A stretch of 64,000 nt of DNA from Azolla caroliniana (taxonomy: Eukaryota > Plantae > Polypodiophyta): assembly GCA_043228905.1 (NCBI GenBank), contig JBHGNT010000001.1:19282001-19346000 (forward strand). Direction: 5' to 3'. The translations under genes and the position numbers were made by a program. Under the pieces are notes generated by a model. The model was not told the DNA's origin, ran no database searches, and was given only the letters and a program-made list of their open reading frames with translations. Shown piece by piece: positions 1 to 12,362 of the stretch. Each line of letters opens with the position of its first letter. Position 1 is the stretch's first letter.

Positions 1-922
1 TCATCTTGCCGCATACCGAGCTTTCCGATGAAGTCCTTCATCCATAATATTTCCTTGCCAGCTTCCACAGCCGCCATGTACTCCGCCTCCGTGGTTGACA
101 AGGCAGCCGTCTTCTGCAGCCTCGACTGCCACGAAACAGCTCCCCCTGCATATGTCATTACATACCTGGATGTAGACCAGCTGGTATCCACATCAGCCGA
201 CATGTCCGAATCGGTAAAACCGTCAAGTTGAGGTTTTCCGGAGCCGAATCAGAGACACATATTTGAAGTGCCCTTCAAATACCGGAGTATCCATTTGACC
301 GCGTTCCAGTGCTCCTTGCCGGGATTGCTCATGAACCGGCTCACCACTCCGACTGCGTATCCTATATCCGGTCGGGTACACACCATTGCGTACATCAAGC
401 TCCCGACGGCAGAGGCATATGGAATCTTCATCATATCCGCCTTCTCTGCTTTCGTCTTCAGGCTTTGCTTACCGGATAGCCTGCAGTTTGCCGGAAATGT
501 CGATCCGACTGGTTTCGCTTCTGACATGTTGAACCGGTGAAGCACCTTTGTCACATACTTCTCCTGTGACAACCATAATTGCTTCTTTGACCGGTCCCAA
601 ATGATGTGCATCCCCAGCATCTGTCTTGACGGACCCAAGTCTTTCATTGAGAAGGTTCGGTTGAGAGCCTTCTTCAACATCCGTATTTTGACTTGGTCAC
701 GTCCGACGATCAACATATCATCCACGTACAGAAGGAGTATCAGGAAGTCGCCTCCTTCGAACTTCTTCACAAACACGCAGTGATCGGCCTGCGTCTTGTG
801 GTACCCTTGATCGGTCATGAAGGAATCGAACTTCCGGTACCATTGTCGGGGAGCCTACTTTAGTCCGTACAAGCTCTTCTTCAGCCGGCATACCAGGTGC
901 TCCTTCCCTTTCTCCACAAATC
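1..922 (-). pseudogene. Ty1/Copia pol fragment (RT C-terminal half to RNase H), same family as element E; runs off the left edge
   Basis: ORF 249..818(-) has LLLYVDDMLI, MKDLG, YASAVGSLMYAMVCTRPDI and is nearly identical in protein to E (8090-8660). It has internal stops and ends abruptly at about 922. Confidence 0.92.
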
Positions 923-948
923 CCGGCCCTAAGAGTTAACACAGTTTT

Positions 949-959
949 TGGCGACCACG
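949..959 (+). promoter_or_regulatory. Primer-binding site of element A (TGGCGACCACG; probably tRNA-Arg(UCG))
   Basis: TGG-starting motif 7 nt after the LTR end TAACA and just before gag. The tRNA identity is recalled from plant tRNA-Arg 3' ends, not searched. Confidence 0.65.
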
Positions 960-994
960 ATTCCTGTTTTTGAAGTGAACGACGACATGAATGG

Positions 995-1706
995 ATGACT
1001 AGATCAACGCACGACCTGGTTACAGATCGAACTCGACACCTTGCCGAAAGTCAAAGAAGACGTGAGGCTTTCCAGCAAGCGGTGCAGGAAATTACAGCGG
1101 ATCGCTTGTTTTCCAACATAATCCGGAGAGTAGCGGAGGAGTCCCTCCGGTTACAGCAAACATTGCACCCGGACGACGGCAGCAGCCTAATAAGCCTCCG
1201 GGAAACCGAATCCCTTCTCCAGGCGTTGGCAAGCGGAGAAGGCAAAGCATAAGCCTTTTCAGTGTATGAATTGGATTCCGAAGGGGGATACAACGTGCAC
1301 ACGAACTACCGTAGCAGCAACGACACCCTGGGCGGACCAGAGGACGAAGGATCGGACACCTTACCGACCCCGGAAACGAAAGTGCTAAGGCTGCAACCTC
1401 CGGAACCAGAAGCAGTGGAAGAGCGACCTCCGACACCGGAAGTCGAGGAGGAGAGGCCTCCATCACCAAAAGAAGAGGAAAGACCACCGACGCCGGAGAC
1501 AAATAAGGAACGACCACTGACACTGGAGGAAAACCAGGAACAACCACCAATACCACCAACCCGCGCACCGATACCGGACGACGACATGCCGTTCCAGTAC
1601 TCCAAGTATAGAGATGATCCGGACGCGGAAGCTCATGTTCACGCCTTTGAACAGACATGGGAAGCAAACCATGTGTCCCAGCGATTGACCCCGGAGGAAG
1701 AGGAAC
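995..1706 (+). pseudogene. Element A gag, 5' part (Pro/Glu-rich ERPPTPE repeats), interrupted by element B
   Basis: ORFs 995..1252 and 1262.. are in the same frame, separated by one TAA. Gag-like DPDAEAHVHAFEQTWEAN motif. Resumes at 12808 after the GGAAC TSD. Confidence 0.75.
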
Positions 1707-1969
1707 TGTCAGGAATAGTACTAAAGCAGAGATGGAATTAGTACTAAGAAGAGTAGTACTATTAGTACTAAGAGGACGGGACTGCGTAAGATTCCCGAGA
1801 GAGAGGAAGTGAGAAGAGGAGAGAGAGAGAAATAGGATGATGACAGCAGCTCTTATATTATATGAAAGATAAGTACAAATCGGCTAAGAGGCTTAAGACT
1901 GGTATTGAACCAATTTGGTTCAAAACAATGCCTTGTGCCTCCTTTTATAGTGTTTTTAGGAATAATCCT

Positions 1970-2002
1970 GAAGCTTCTAGAATGTTCCAGAGAGATCTGG
2001 AA
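1970..2002. promoter_or_regulatory. Heat-shock-element array in B LTR (second copy at 12640-12672)
   Basis: GAAgcTTCtaGAAtgTTCcaGAGagATCtgGAA: alternating nGAAn units with 5-bp periodicity, about 20 bp upstream of the minus-strand TATAAAA (1943-1949). Confidence 0.7.
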
Positions 2003-2063
2003 TATACATCAATTTTCTATGATAAAGCATAAATGAAAATAATATCCTACAAAATACAATTCA

Positions 2064-2120
2064 TAGTCTAATGGTAAGAGCTCGACCCATGTAGCATAAG
2101 GTCATGGGTTCGAGTCTTGC
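2064..2120 (+). promoter_or_regulatory. tRNA-like Pol III internal promoter module in B LTR (second copy at 12734-12790)
   Basis: A box TAGTCTAATGG (2064-2074) and B box GGTTCGAGTC (2107-2116) at tRNA spacing; no intact acceptor stem. Confidence 0.7.
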
Positions 2121-2143
2121 CATATCATGACACTATCTCCCCC

Positions 2144-4408
2144 TTAAAGACGACGAGTGGAACGAGTCGGCGCTAATTGCGGACCGGGTTTGTCCGGATA
2201 CTTTCGGTGGAAATCAGCAAGAAGATCTTGTGCATTGGCAACATGCTCGACGGGTTCCGAAGTACGTTCGCTTGGACTATAACCGAGCCAATCGACCAAG
2301 TAATAAAGTTTGTTGCGAACAAGTTTGGAATCGAGGATGGCAGCAACTTCATACTCCGGGCCGGCGTCCAACTCCAGCGGGGGCGGCGGTGGTGTCACAT
2401 GATCGGGAATGGTGTTTGCTTTATAAGGCTCAAGAAGAGAACAATGGAAAACCGGATGTATCTGAAGCTGCGGAGGGAGATCAAGGCGGAAGGTGGCATC
2501 ATTAATCTTCCCCGTAATACGGAAAGGACCGAGTCGTCGATAATCCAACTTGTCGTACGGTCGAGTAGTCTTGATGTGACGACGTAAGAGCCATACTCGA
2601 TCTGCGATGGCAAAAGAGGAGGGAATCCGATGACGATCTGCATAAGTCTTCTGTATGTGTTGAGCATGACGAAGGTGAGTAGAGAGATCCATCTGGATCT
2701 TGCGTAGCCTCTCCAAATGATCCTCGGCACGAGGGTTGGTAGGTAGCTCCGGAGTGTCGATCACCGACCAGCAAGGATGGAAACCGGTATAAGCGAAAAA
2801 TGGGGAGACCCGAGTTGAGGAGTGAATAGCATTATTATACGCAAACTCCGCAAAGTGGAGAATCTCGGCCCAATCGTCCTGTTGATAACTCAGGAAACAC
2901 TGGAGATATTGCTCCAGCGTTTGGTTTGTTCGTTCCACCTGTTCGTCGGTCTAAGGATGGTAGCCGGAGGAGAGGTTGCAGGAGACCTTGAGCATCTTGA
3001 AGAGATGTTGCCAAAATTTGGAGACAAATTGCAGACCTCGGTCACTGATAATACTGTCTGGGAGGCCATGATGCCGAAATACCTCACACATAACAAGAGC
3101 GATGGTTTCCTCGCTAGTGATGGCTTTAGTACATGGCAGAAAATGTGCCATCTTCGTATATCGATCGACGACGGTTAGGATAGCATCGAACCCCTTCGAG
3201 ACCGGCAGATCTGTGATAAAATGAAGACAAATAGGCTGCCATGGCTTACTTGGAATCGGTAAAGGTTCTAACAAGCCATATGGATGGTGTCGTGGCATCT
3301 TTGCTCGACAGCAAGCATCACAGGTCCGAACGTAGTCGTCAACAAAACGGCACATGAGGGGCCACCAAAAAGATCGCTGCACTAGCTCTAACGTCTTAGT
3401 ACTACCGAAATGTCCCGCCATATGGGTGTCGTGACAATGTTGGACGATTTGAAGGTGACAGGAGCAATCAGGGACATATACGCGCTTTTTAAAGAATAAC
3501 AAACCATCATGATATTCGAATTGTCGGTAGTCAATACTTGGTTGTTGAGACTGAGAACAGGATGCCCGAGAAGTATCAATGTGCGCCAGGATGTCTTGAA
3601 CAAAACTATCCGTCTTCAAGGTTGCACGTATGTCATCAGTAATCTGTGAATCCATCAGGGTGTGAAAAATCCGCATCGTGTGCAATTGTGTTGGTCCCAA
3701 GATTACTTGCTTTTGATTATCAAATGTTGCGTCACCAGGACGAGGTGCAAGATATGAACGCCGTGATAGTGCATCTGCTTTTCCTTGCTGCTTCCCCGGT
3801 CGATATGTGATTTTGAAGTCAAAACGCGTGAGGAATTGCGCCCACCGAGCTTGTCGTCGATTTAGTACGCGAGCATTCTGAAAATAAGCAAGATTTTTAT
3901 GATCGCTAAAGACAATGACCTGATGTGGAGAGCCCTCTAAGAAATGCCACCATTGTACAAATGAATCCACGATGGCTAATAACTCCTTGTCATGTATTTC
4001 GTAGTTGATTTCTGCGACATCGAATTTGCACGAATGGAAAGCCACCGGATGCAACTCTTCTTTCTCGCCTTGTTGAGAAAGGATGCTACCAAGGGCGAAA
4101 TATGATGCGTCGGCCTCCATGATGAATGGTTTGCTTGTATCCACATGAGCTAGAATCGGTGCTGATGTAAAGGTTTTCTTAAGATGCCGAAAAGCCATAT
4201 CTGCTTCTATGGACCAAAGAAATGCTTGGCCCTTCTTCGTAAGTTGTGTGAGAGGTAAAATAATCTTCGAGTAATCCTGTATAAACTTACGGTAGAAGTT
4301 AGCAAAACCTAGAAAACATTGTACATCTCGTACCGACCGTGGAATTTGCCACTGTAGTACAGTTTGGATTTTAGCTGGATCCATGGTGATGCCCTTTGAG
4401 GAGATGAC
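2144..4408 (-). pseudogene. Element B pol 3' part: RT end, RNase H, integrase, chromodomain
   Basis: NYEIHDKELLAIV (RH), H-H-C-C zinc finger, IISDRG core, and C-terminal EYEVAAILDSK...YYLVDWLGY chromodomain. One internal stop at about 2951. Confidence 0.93.
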
Positions 4409-5079
4409 TGTTGGGATTTCGGTCCCTCCGGATGGGATGTCCGGAGATGAATGACGGCAAGCCCGGAGGCTGTTACGGAACCGGGTGATGAAGAGTACCC
4501 GGCATGAAGCCGGATGAAGAGTACCCGGCTACGGATCCGGATGATGAAGACCCCGGTTACGGAGCCGGATGCTGAAGACCCCGGTTACGGAGCCAGATGA
4601 CGTATGTACCCGGAGAGAGATCCGGATGCGGGGACATATTTGTGAATATGTTTGCCAAGGGCCCTTGAGGCTATATTTGTAAATAGCCCGAAAGTCATAT
4701 GTGTATAAATATGACTTAGGGCAAACAGTTTGTTGTTGTTGCTCATTTTCTGTTTTCACTGAGAGAGAGAGTGAAGAGAGCAGCAGAGAGGGAGAGAGAG
4801 AGAGAGAAAGACGAAGAGGTCGTTGCCTCTGTGTATTACCGCCGCCTGTGGCAAAGACAGTGAGCTCAAGGTTGTTGCCTTGTAGCTTCACCATTGTACA
4901 TCTCTGTGTATAGTGATAGTTGGAGTTTGAGGACTCCCGTGGTTTTTCCCTATTTAGGGTTTTCCACGTAAAACATCCTGTATACTCTTCTCTCTATTGT
5001 CTTCGTGCATTTCTTGTATTTCCCGTTTTCTGTGAATCGATCCTATTCCTCGGTTGTGGCCGAGCTCTGTGGTTCAACA
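4409..5079 (+). repeat. 5' LTR of element E (U3 has short CCGG-rich tandem repeats; TATA at about 4704)
   Basis: Direct repeat of 9166-9836; contains GATGAAGAGTACCCGGC x2 and TGAAGACCCCGGTTACGGAGCC x2. Confidence 0.97.
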
Positions 5080-5109
5080 AGTGGTATCAGAGCGACGGTA
5101 ACACAGAAA

Positions 5110-8100
5110 ATGGAAGGCGGCGGTAGTGGGCCTCCGGGCATGATGGTGTTGAACTCACAGAACTACGCCGACTGGAAGATAAAGATGGAAGACCTTCTCA
5201 TCGTCCGAGACCTGTATGAACCGATCGACAATGCCGAGATACCCAAGGGGGTAATAGAGTCGGAGTGGAAGCTCCTGAACCGGAAAGCCGTAGCGACGAT
5301 CCGGCAATATGTCGATGTAAGCGTCCTACAACATGTGGCGAACGACACCAACGCATATGAGATGTGGAAGAAGCTGTCGGGCCTCTACGAGAGGAAGAAT
5401 GCGTTGAACCGGACCTCCCTGATGAGGAAGATAGTGAACCTCAAGTACCGGGACGACGAGAATATGGTGGAACACGTGAGCACGTTCATGGGATTCGTGA
5501 ACCAGCTTGCGGCGATCAAGTTCCCGTTGGAGGATGCAATGCAAGCCATCATTCTGATGTGTACATTGCCGGAAAGCTGGGAGAACTTGGTGGTGACTCT
5601 CAGCACCTCCTGCACCGAAGATAACTTGTCTCTACAAACGGTAAAGACAAGCATTTTGAACGAAGAAGCGCGTCGGAGAGATAAAGAACCGGTTTCCGAT
5701 CCGAAGATGCTGCTTACCGAATCGGATCGGGGAAGACAATGGAACCGGAGTCCGCAAAGACGGGAGAAGTCGGGGACCCGGTCGCAGTCAAGAGGAAGGC
5801 CCACATGCTTCCACTGTGGGAAGCCGGGGCACTTCCGGAAGAATTGTCGGCATTACCGAAAGGACAACGGAGCCGTCGACACCGATTCGAAGAAGTCACC
5901 GGAGAGAAACGGTGCATACCGAGGAGCCACGGACCGGAGAGGTCCGGATCGGCGAGGGCAGGACCGGAAAGGAACGACGGCACTCGCGGCAAGTGAAGAA
6001 GAGATAATGCTCATTACCGAAGAAAGGGAGCTGAACCTTGCCGGTGAAGAGATGACCTGGGTGGTCGATTCCGGAGCGTCGTTCCACCTGACCCCGGAGA
6101 AGAAATACTTCTCATCCTACACAGCCGGTGAGCATGGCTATGTCCGGATGGGAAATGAAGGTACATGCCGGATTGCCGGCATAGGAGACGTGTGGCTGAT
6201 GACATCAACCGGATACAAGATGCTGCTGAAGGATGTTCGACACGTTTCGGAGGTTCGATTGAACCTGATTTCGGCCGGGAGGCTAGACGATGAAGGCTAC
6301 ACGGGTAGCATCCGCAACGGTGTCATGAAGTTCAGCAAAGGGAGCCTGATAGTGGCTCGGGCCCGGAAGGTCAACACACTGTACCTGATGAATTCCCGGC
6401 TATGTCCGGAGGAGCTGAACGTGGCAGCTGACCCTGCTGGTGAGCTATGGCACAAGAGACTGTGCCACATGAGCGAGAAGGGGATGAAGAGGCTTGCAGA
6501 AGACAACCTTATTCCAGTGAAGCATGTGCACCTGGAGAAGTGCACCGATTGCCTGGCCGGTAAGCAGAACCGAACCTCCTTCCACTCAAGGCCACCGACG
6601 AGACGTAGTGTACCATTGGAGTTGGTGCACACTGATGTGTGTCAGGTAGAAACGAAGTCACATGGCGGAGCCCAATATTTCGTAACATTCATAGATGACC
6701 ATAGCCGGAAGCTGTGGACGGCACCGTTGAAGACAAAGGACCAAGTATTGTCCGTCTTCAAAGAACTCCACGCGAGAGTGGAAAGGGAATCCGGCAAGAA
6801 GCTGAAAGCGATAAGAGCGGATAACGGAGGGGAATACCGGGGGCAGTTCGCGGAGTACTGTCGCTCGAAGGGAATCCGGCTCGAGTTTACTGTGCCGAAG
6901 ACGCCGGAACTGAACGGGCTGGCCGAGAGGATGAACCGGACCATAATGGAGAGGGTCCGGAGTATGCTGGCGCATGCGAAATTACCCAAGGGGTTTTGGG
7001 CTGAGGCAATGTCGACGGCGACATACGTGATAAACAGATCACCCTCAGCACCTTTGGACGGAGACACGCCGCAGAGAGTGTGGTCCGGTAGGGAAGTATC
7101 CTACCGGCATCTGAAGGTGTTCGGGTGTCTCGCATACGTGCATGTGGCAAAGGAACGGAGAGGAAAGCTAGATCCAAAGACCCGGCCATGCATATTCCTC
7201 GGTTACGGCGATGACGAGTTCGGCTACCGAGTATGGGACCCGGTCGACAAGAAGATATTCAGGAGTCGAGATATCATCTTCATGGAGGACAAGACACTCG
7301 CCGACTGGGAGTCGGAGAAGAAGATGAAGAGCTCCAAGTCGACCGGTGAGGATCAACTCTACGAGGAGCAGTCCCGACCGGCAAGGGACCGGTTAGCACT
7401 CGAGGATCCGGCCGAAGACGGTGAAGAAACAGAACCGGCCGAGGAAGATGAAACTGATACCGGAACCGGCCCCGATCCCGAAATGGATTCGGATGAAGAG
7501 GAAACGGAGGAGCCGGTTACCGAAGCTCCGGAACGGAGATATCCTCTAAGAGAGAGAAGGGCCCCCCGGAGATTTCCGGAACCAGAGCACGTGCTGATAA
7601 CCGACGAGGGGGAGCCGGAGAGTTTTGAAGAAGCAAAGCTTGACACCCATAGCCGCAGGTGGTTAAGTGCCATGCAGGAGGAGATGGATTCCCTGCATGA
7701 GAACCACACATATGAACTTGTGGAGTTGCCGAAAGGAAAGCGGGCACTTCGAAACAAGTGGGTGTTCAAGCTGAAACCGGGAGATGCCGGAAACTCCCCG
7801 AGATACAAAGCCAGGATCGTGGTGAAGGGGTTCCAGCAGAAGAAGGGCGTCGACTTCGACGAGATATTTGCCCCGGTAGTGAAGATGACCTCCATCCGGA
7901 CCTCGAGGTAGAACAGATGGACGTGAAGACGGCATTCCTTCACGGTGACCTCGAAGAAGAGATCTACATGCAGCAACCGGAAGGATTCGAGAAGAAAGGG
8001 AAGGAGCACCTGGTATGCCGGTTGAAGAAGAGCCTTTACGGACTGAAGCAGGCTCCCCGGCAATGGTATCAGAAGTTCGACTCCTTCATGAACGACGAAG

Positions 8101-9155
8101 GGTACCACAAAACGCAGTCCGATCATTGCGTGTTTGTGAAGAAGTTCGGAGGAGGAGACTTCCTAATACTCCTCCTGTACGTGGACGACATGTTGATCGT
8201 CAGACGGGACCAGGTCAAGATACAGATGCTGAAGAAAGCACTTCACCGAACCTTCTCAATGAAGGACCTGGGTCCGGCGAGGCAAATACTAGGGATGCAC
8301 ATCATCCGGGACCGGAAGAAGAAGCAGTTGTGGCTGTCACAGGAGAAGTACGTGACAAAGGTGCTTCAACGGTTCAACATGTCGGAAGCAAGACCGGTCG
8401 GATCGACCCTCCCGGTAAACTGCAAGTTATCCGGCAAGCAAAGTCCCAAGACAAAGGTTGAAAAGGAGGATATGATGAAGATACCATATGCCTCTGCCGT
8501 AGGAAGCTTGATGTACGCAATGGTGTGTACAAGACCAGACATAGGATATGCAGTCGGAGTGGTGAGCCGGTACATGAGCAATCCCGGCAAAGAGCACTGG
8601 AACGCGGTCAAGTGGATACTCCGATACCTGAAGGGCACGGCAAACGTGTGCCTCCGATTCGGCTCCGGTAAGCCCGAACTTGATGGATTTACCGATTCGG
8701 ACATGTCGGCTGATGTGGATACCAGCCGGTCTACATCAGGGTACGTAATGACATATGCAGGGGGAGCCGTTTCGTGGCAGTCGAGGTTGCAGAAGACGGT
8801 TGCGTTGTCAACCACGGAGGCGGAGTACATGGCGGCTGTTGAAGCCGGCAAGGAAGTAATATGGATGAAGGACTTCATTAGAGAGCTCGGTATCCGGCAG
8901 GAGGAGTACCGACTCTACTGCGATAGTCAGAGTGCCATCCACCTTGCGAAGAACGCGGCCTACCATTCCCGGACGAAACACATCCAGCGTAGATACCACT
9001 GGATCCGGGAAAGGATAGAAGACAAGGAGTTCGTGCTGACGAAGATCCACACGGACGAGAACGGGTCGGATATGCTGACCAAGGTGCTCACACCCGACAA
9101 GCTGGAAGCATGCCGGAAGAGGATCGGGTTGGAGAGACATCCCATGCCGAAGTGA
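5110..9155 (+). pseudogene. Element E gag-pol (gag, CCHC knuckle, PR, IN, RT, RNase H) with a single frameshift at about 7902
   Basis: CFHCGKPGHFRKNC, WVVDSGAS, LWHKRLCH, DNGGEY, MDVKTAFLHG, YVDDML, RTKHI. The frame switches between ORFs 5005..7911 and 7758..9155. Confidence 0.95.
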
Positions 9156-9165
9156 AGGGGGAGTT

Positions 9166-9836
9166 TGTTGGGATTTCGGTCCCTCCGGATGGGATGTCCG
9201 GAGATGAATGACGGCAAGCCCGGAGGCTGTTACGGAACCGGGTGATGAAGAGTACCCGGCATGAAGCCGGATGAAGAGTACCCGGCTACGGATCCGGATG
9301 ATGAAGACCCCGGTTACGGAGCCGGATGCTGAAGACCCCGGTTACGGAGCCAGATGACGTATGTACCCGGAGAGAGATCCGGATGCGGGGACATATTTGT
9401 GAATATGTTTGCCAAGGGCCCTTGAGGCTATATTTGTAAATAGCCCGAAAGTCATATGTGTATAAATATGACTTAGGGCAAATAGTTTGTTGTTGTTGCT
9501 CATTTTCTGTTTTCACTGAGAGAGAGAGTGAAGAGAGCAGCAGAGAGGGAGAGAGAGAGAGAGAAAGACGAAGAGGTCGTTGCCTCTGTGTATTACCGCT
9601 GCCTGTGGCGAAGACAGTGAGCTCAAGGTTGTTGCCTTGTAGCTTCACCATTGTACATCTCTGTGTATAGTGATAGTTGGAGTTTGAGGACTCCCGTGGT
9701 TTTTCCCTATTTAGGGTTTTCCACGTAAAACATCCTGTATACTCTTCTCTCTATTGTCTTCGTGCATTTCTTGTATTTCCCGTTTTCTGTGAATCGATCC
9801 TATTCCTCGGTTGTGGCCGAGCTCTGTGGTTCAACA
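9166..9836 (+). repeat. 3' LTR of element E
   Basis: Direct repeat of 4409-5079, preceded by the PPT. Confidence 0.97.
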
Positions 9837-9841
9837 ATGAC

Positions 9842-11146
9842 GTAGCCTAGAAATTCCACTTGCTTGCAGTCAAAGCTACATTTTTCTAGCTTGGCATAAA
9901 GACCATTCTCGCGGAGTCGCTTTAGTACTAATAGTACATGAGAATCGTGCTCTTCCTGGGTCTTCGAATAAATCTACAGATCATCCAGATAAATGATCAA
10001 ACAGATATCCAAGAGGTCTCTGAATATATCATTTGCCATGTGTTGGAAGACTGCGGGTGCATTGGTTAGGCCAAACGGCATAACAGTATACTCGAAATGC
10101 CCATACCGCGTGCGAAAGGCGGTCTTCCACTCATCTCCTGGTCGGATCCGCACGAGATTATACGCTCCTCGTAGGTCGATTTTAGTAAAAAACTTGGCAC
10201 CATTAACTCGCTCTAAAAGACTTGATATAAGAGGAAGTGCATACCTATTCCGGATGGTGACTTTATTCAATCCATGGTAATCAACGACAAGACGAAGTGA
10301 GCCATCTTTCTTCTTGACAAAGAAGATGGGTGCACCGGCCGGAGATTTCGAATGGCAGATGAACCTGCTTGCCAAGTTCTCCTCTATGTAGGCTCGAAGG
10401 ACTTCTAACTCGGTGGGTGACAAGTTGTAAATTGGTCCCCATGGTGGCTCGGTTCCTAGTTGTAAATTGATGGGACAGTCATAGGGACGGTGATGAGGAA
10501 GGGTACCGGCTTTTACCTTTTCAAATACATCGGCATAAGGATGATATTTTGCTGGAAGTTGTACTGAGGAGTCCTTCTTAATAGTGCTGGAAGGATGTAC
10601 TGATATTGCAAATAGGAACATTGCCTCCTTGGGTCCTTCGCGTAGTTGATGGAGTGAAATGGTCAAAACTTGGTGAGTTGATTCTTGGGGTGGTCGATAT
10701 CAGACTTCTCTTGTTCTCCAATCTATGGCTGGAATATGTAATTCAAACCAAGGTAATCCTAGGACAATGGGATGCTCTGGACTACTAATTATATTAAATG
10801 ATATTACACACACAAAACTACCTAGGACAACTTGAATGGGTTCTGATTCTTCTATAATATTCCCGGAAGCAATGGGACGACCATCAATGACAACTATAGA
10901 TGCGGGACAAGGAAGTTTTCTTAAGGATATCTGAGAAGCTTGGGCAAAATTTCGATCCATGAAACAGGAATTAGCTCCGGAATCTAAAAGTGCTAGGACG
11001 GGTATTGGGGGAGTACTTTTAGTACTAACAATGACTTGGGCTAGGAACACATTGCTAACTTGCTTGGAAGGAATGGAACCACTAATGGGCTGTACAGATC
11101 TAGGGCTGCTGTCCAACCAAACAACTCCTATTTTGGCTGGACTCAA
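9842..11146 (-). pseudogene. Element B pol 5' part: aspartic protease and reverse transcriptase
   Basis: ALLDSGANSCF (PR); [38 protein letters not shown] (RT); internal stops. Confidence 0.93.
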
Positions 11147-12300
11147 TTGGTTAACTCTTCATCTAATTGACTAAGGATTTCAAATTTATTTGAGATACTT
11201 GGGCTATTAGTACTATGAATACTATCAAACATTCTATTAGTACTATTAATACTATCAGACACTCCTAAGGGAAGAATTGACTCAGGTTTAGTACAGGCTA
11301 CAATTTGATTTACCTGTCTTCTTGGCCTATGGGGACAATTGATTGCGATATGCCCTGGTCCACCGCAATAAAGACATAATCGATTTGCACGTCGTCGTTG
11401 CTTTTCTTCTTCCGATAACGGGCCGCGTCGACGCATGGTATCGATCTCCATCGGTGTCGAAGTATTTGCTTGAGGAATGTCTCGTGCAAATGGTCTAGCC
11501 GCGACTGCGGCGTAAGTGGGCTCCGGCCTAGCACGTGGTATCTGTAATTGACGTTCCGAACGCCGTTCGAAGAGGCGGTTGTCACATCGGACCGCTCGAC
11601 TGATTGCCTCCGTAAGAGACTTTGGTTCTTCGGGGAAGGTTAGAAGTAGATCTTTGACATCATTTCGCAGGCCATAGCGAAATTGCTCCATTAGTGGTTG
11701 ATCATCCCAGGGTATGTCGGAAGCGGGTAGGCGGAAATCCGCCGCATAGGCAGAGGCTGGACGATCGCCTTGACGCAATCGCCGGATCTTGTTGATCGCC
11801 GTCCTGATGCTATCGGTGTCTCCAAATCAAGCTTTGAACTCACTAATAAAATCTTCAAAGTTATTAAGCAAGGGCAATTGTTTTTCTAGAAGCGGAGTGA
11901 ACCATGCTAAGGCTGAGCCGCTAAGCAACGTGCCTATTAAGCCGACTCGGGATGCATCAGTGGGGTATTGGGAAGGATGCATTTGGAGGACTAATCGTAC
12001 CTGATTAAGGAATCCCCTGAATTGCGATCGCGTTCCATCAAATTTCACAGGAAGTCCAATCTTCGGCTCTTTATGAAATCCTTGGGGACTTGATCCTTGT
12101 TGTTGCAATGCCGCTTCGAGTTGTTGCACCCGTAACGCTAACTCCCCATGTTGTTGCTGCGTTTGTTGTTTTTCTAGAGCGATTTGTTGCAGATCCCTTA
12201 TCAGCCGTTGGTTTTCTTGTTCGAGGGCAACAAACTTTTCTTTTAGGCACTGTAACTTGGAGAAAACGGATTGATATTCTTGGGCGCTAACAGTAGCCAT
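11143..12300 (-). pseudogene. Element B gag (PEG10/sushi-like capsid plus CCHC knuckle)
   Basis: PVKFDGTRSQFRGFLNQ, LLSGSALAWF, PMEID, CLYCGGPGHIAINC; one internal stop at about 11827. Confidence 0.9.
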
Positions 12301-12362
12301 AGTAGGGGGAAAAGGATAGGAGGATGAGGGAGAACGACAAGTAGGCTGGAGGAAAGAGGAAT

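Larger units (their letters stand above)
1707..2132 (-). repeat. 3' LTR of element B
   Basis: Direct repeat of 12377-12802; adjacent to the PPT. Confidence 0.96.
4409..9836 (+). mobile_element. Element E: young Ty1/Copia LTR retrotransposon (Tnt1/Tork-like) inserted in B's RT
   Basis: 671-bp LTRs at 4409-5079 and 9166-9836 (TGTTG...CAACA, 3 transitions seen). TSD ATGAC. PBS TGGTATCAGAGC at 5082-5093 (tRNA-iMet). PPT GAAGGGGGAG at 9154-9163. Confidence 0.98.

Noticed and set aside
4529-4894. 121-aa ORF duplicated at 9286..9651
   Set aside because: Lies within the two LTRs of E and spans a microsatellite; the duplication is explained by the LTRs.
7359-8878. Long antisense ORFs over Copia pol (also 21904..22488, 25212..25613 and others)
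   Set aside because: Shadow ORFs of GC-rich retroelement coding sequence.
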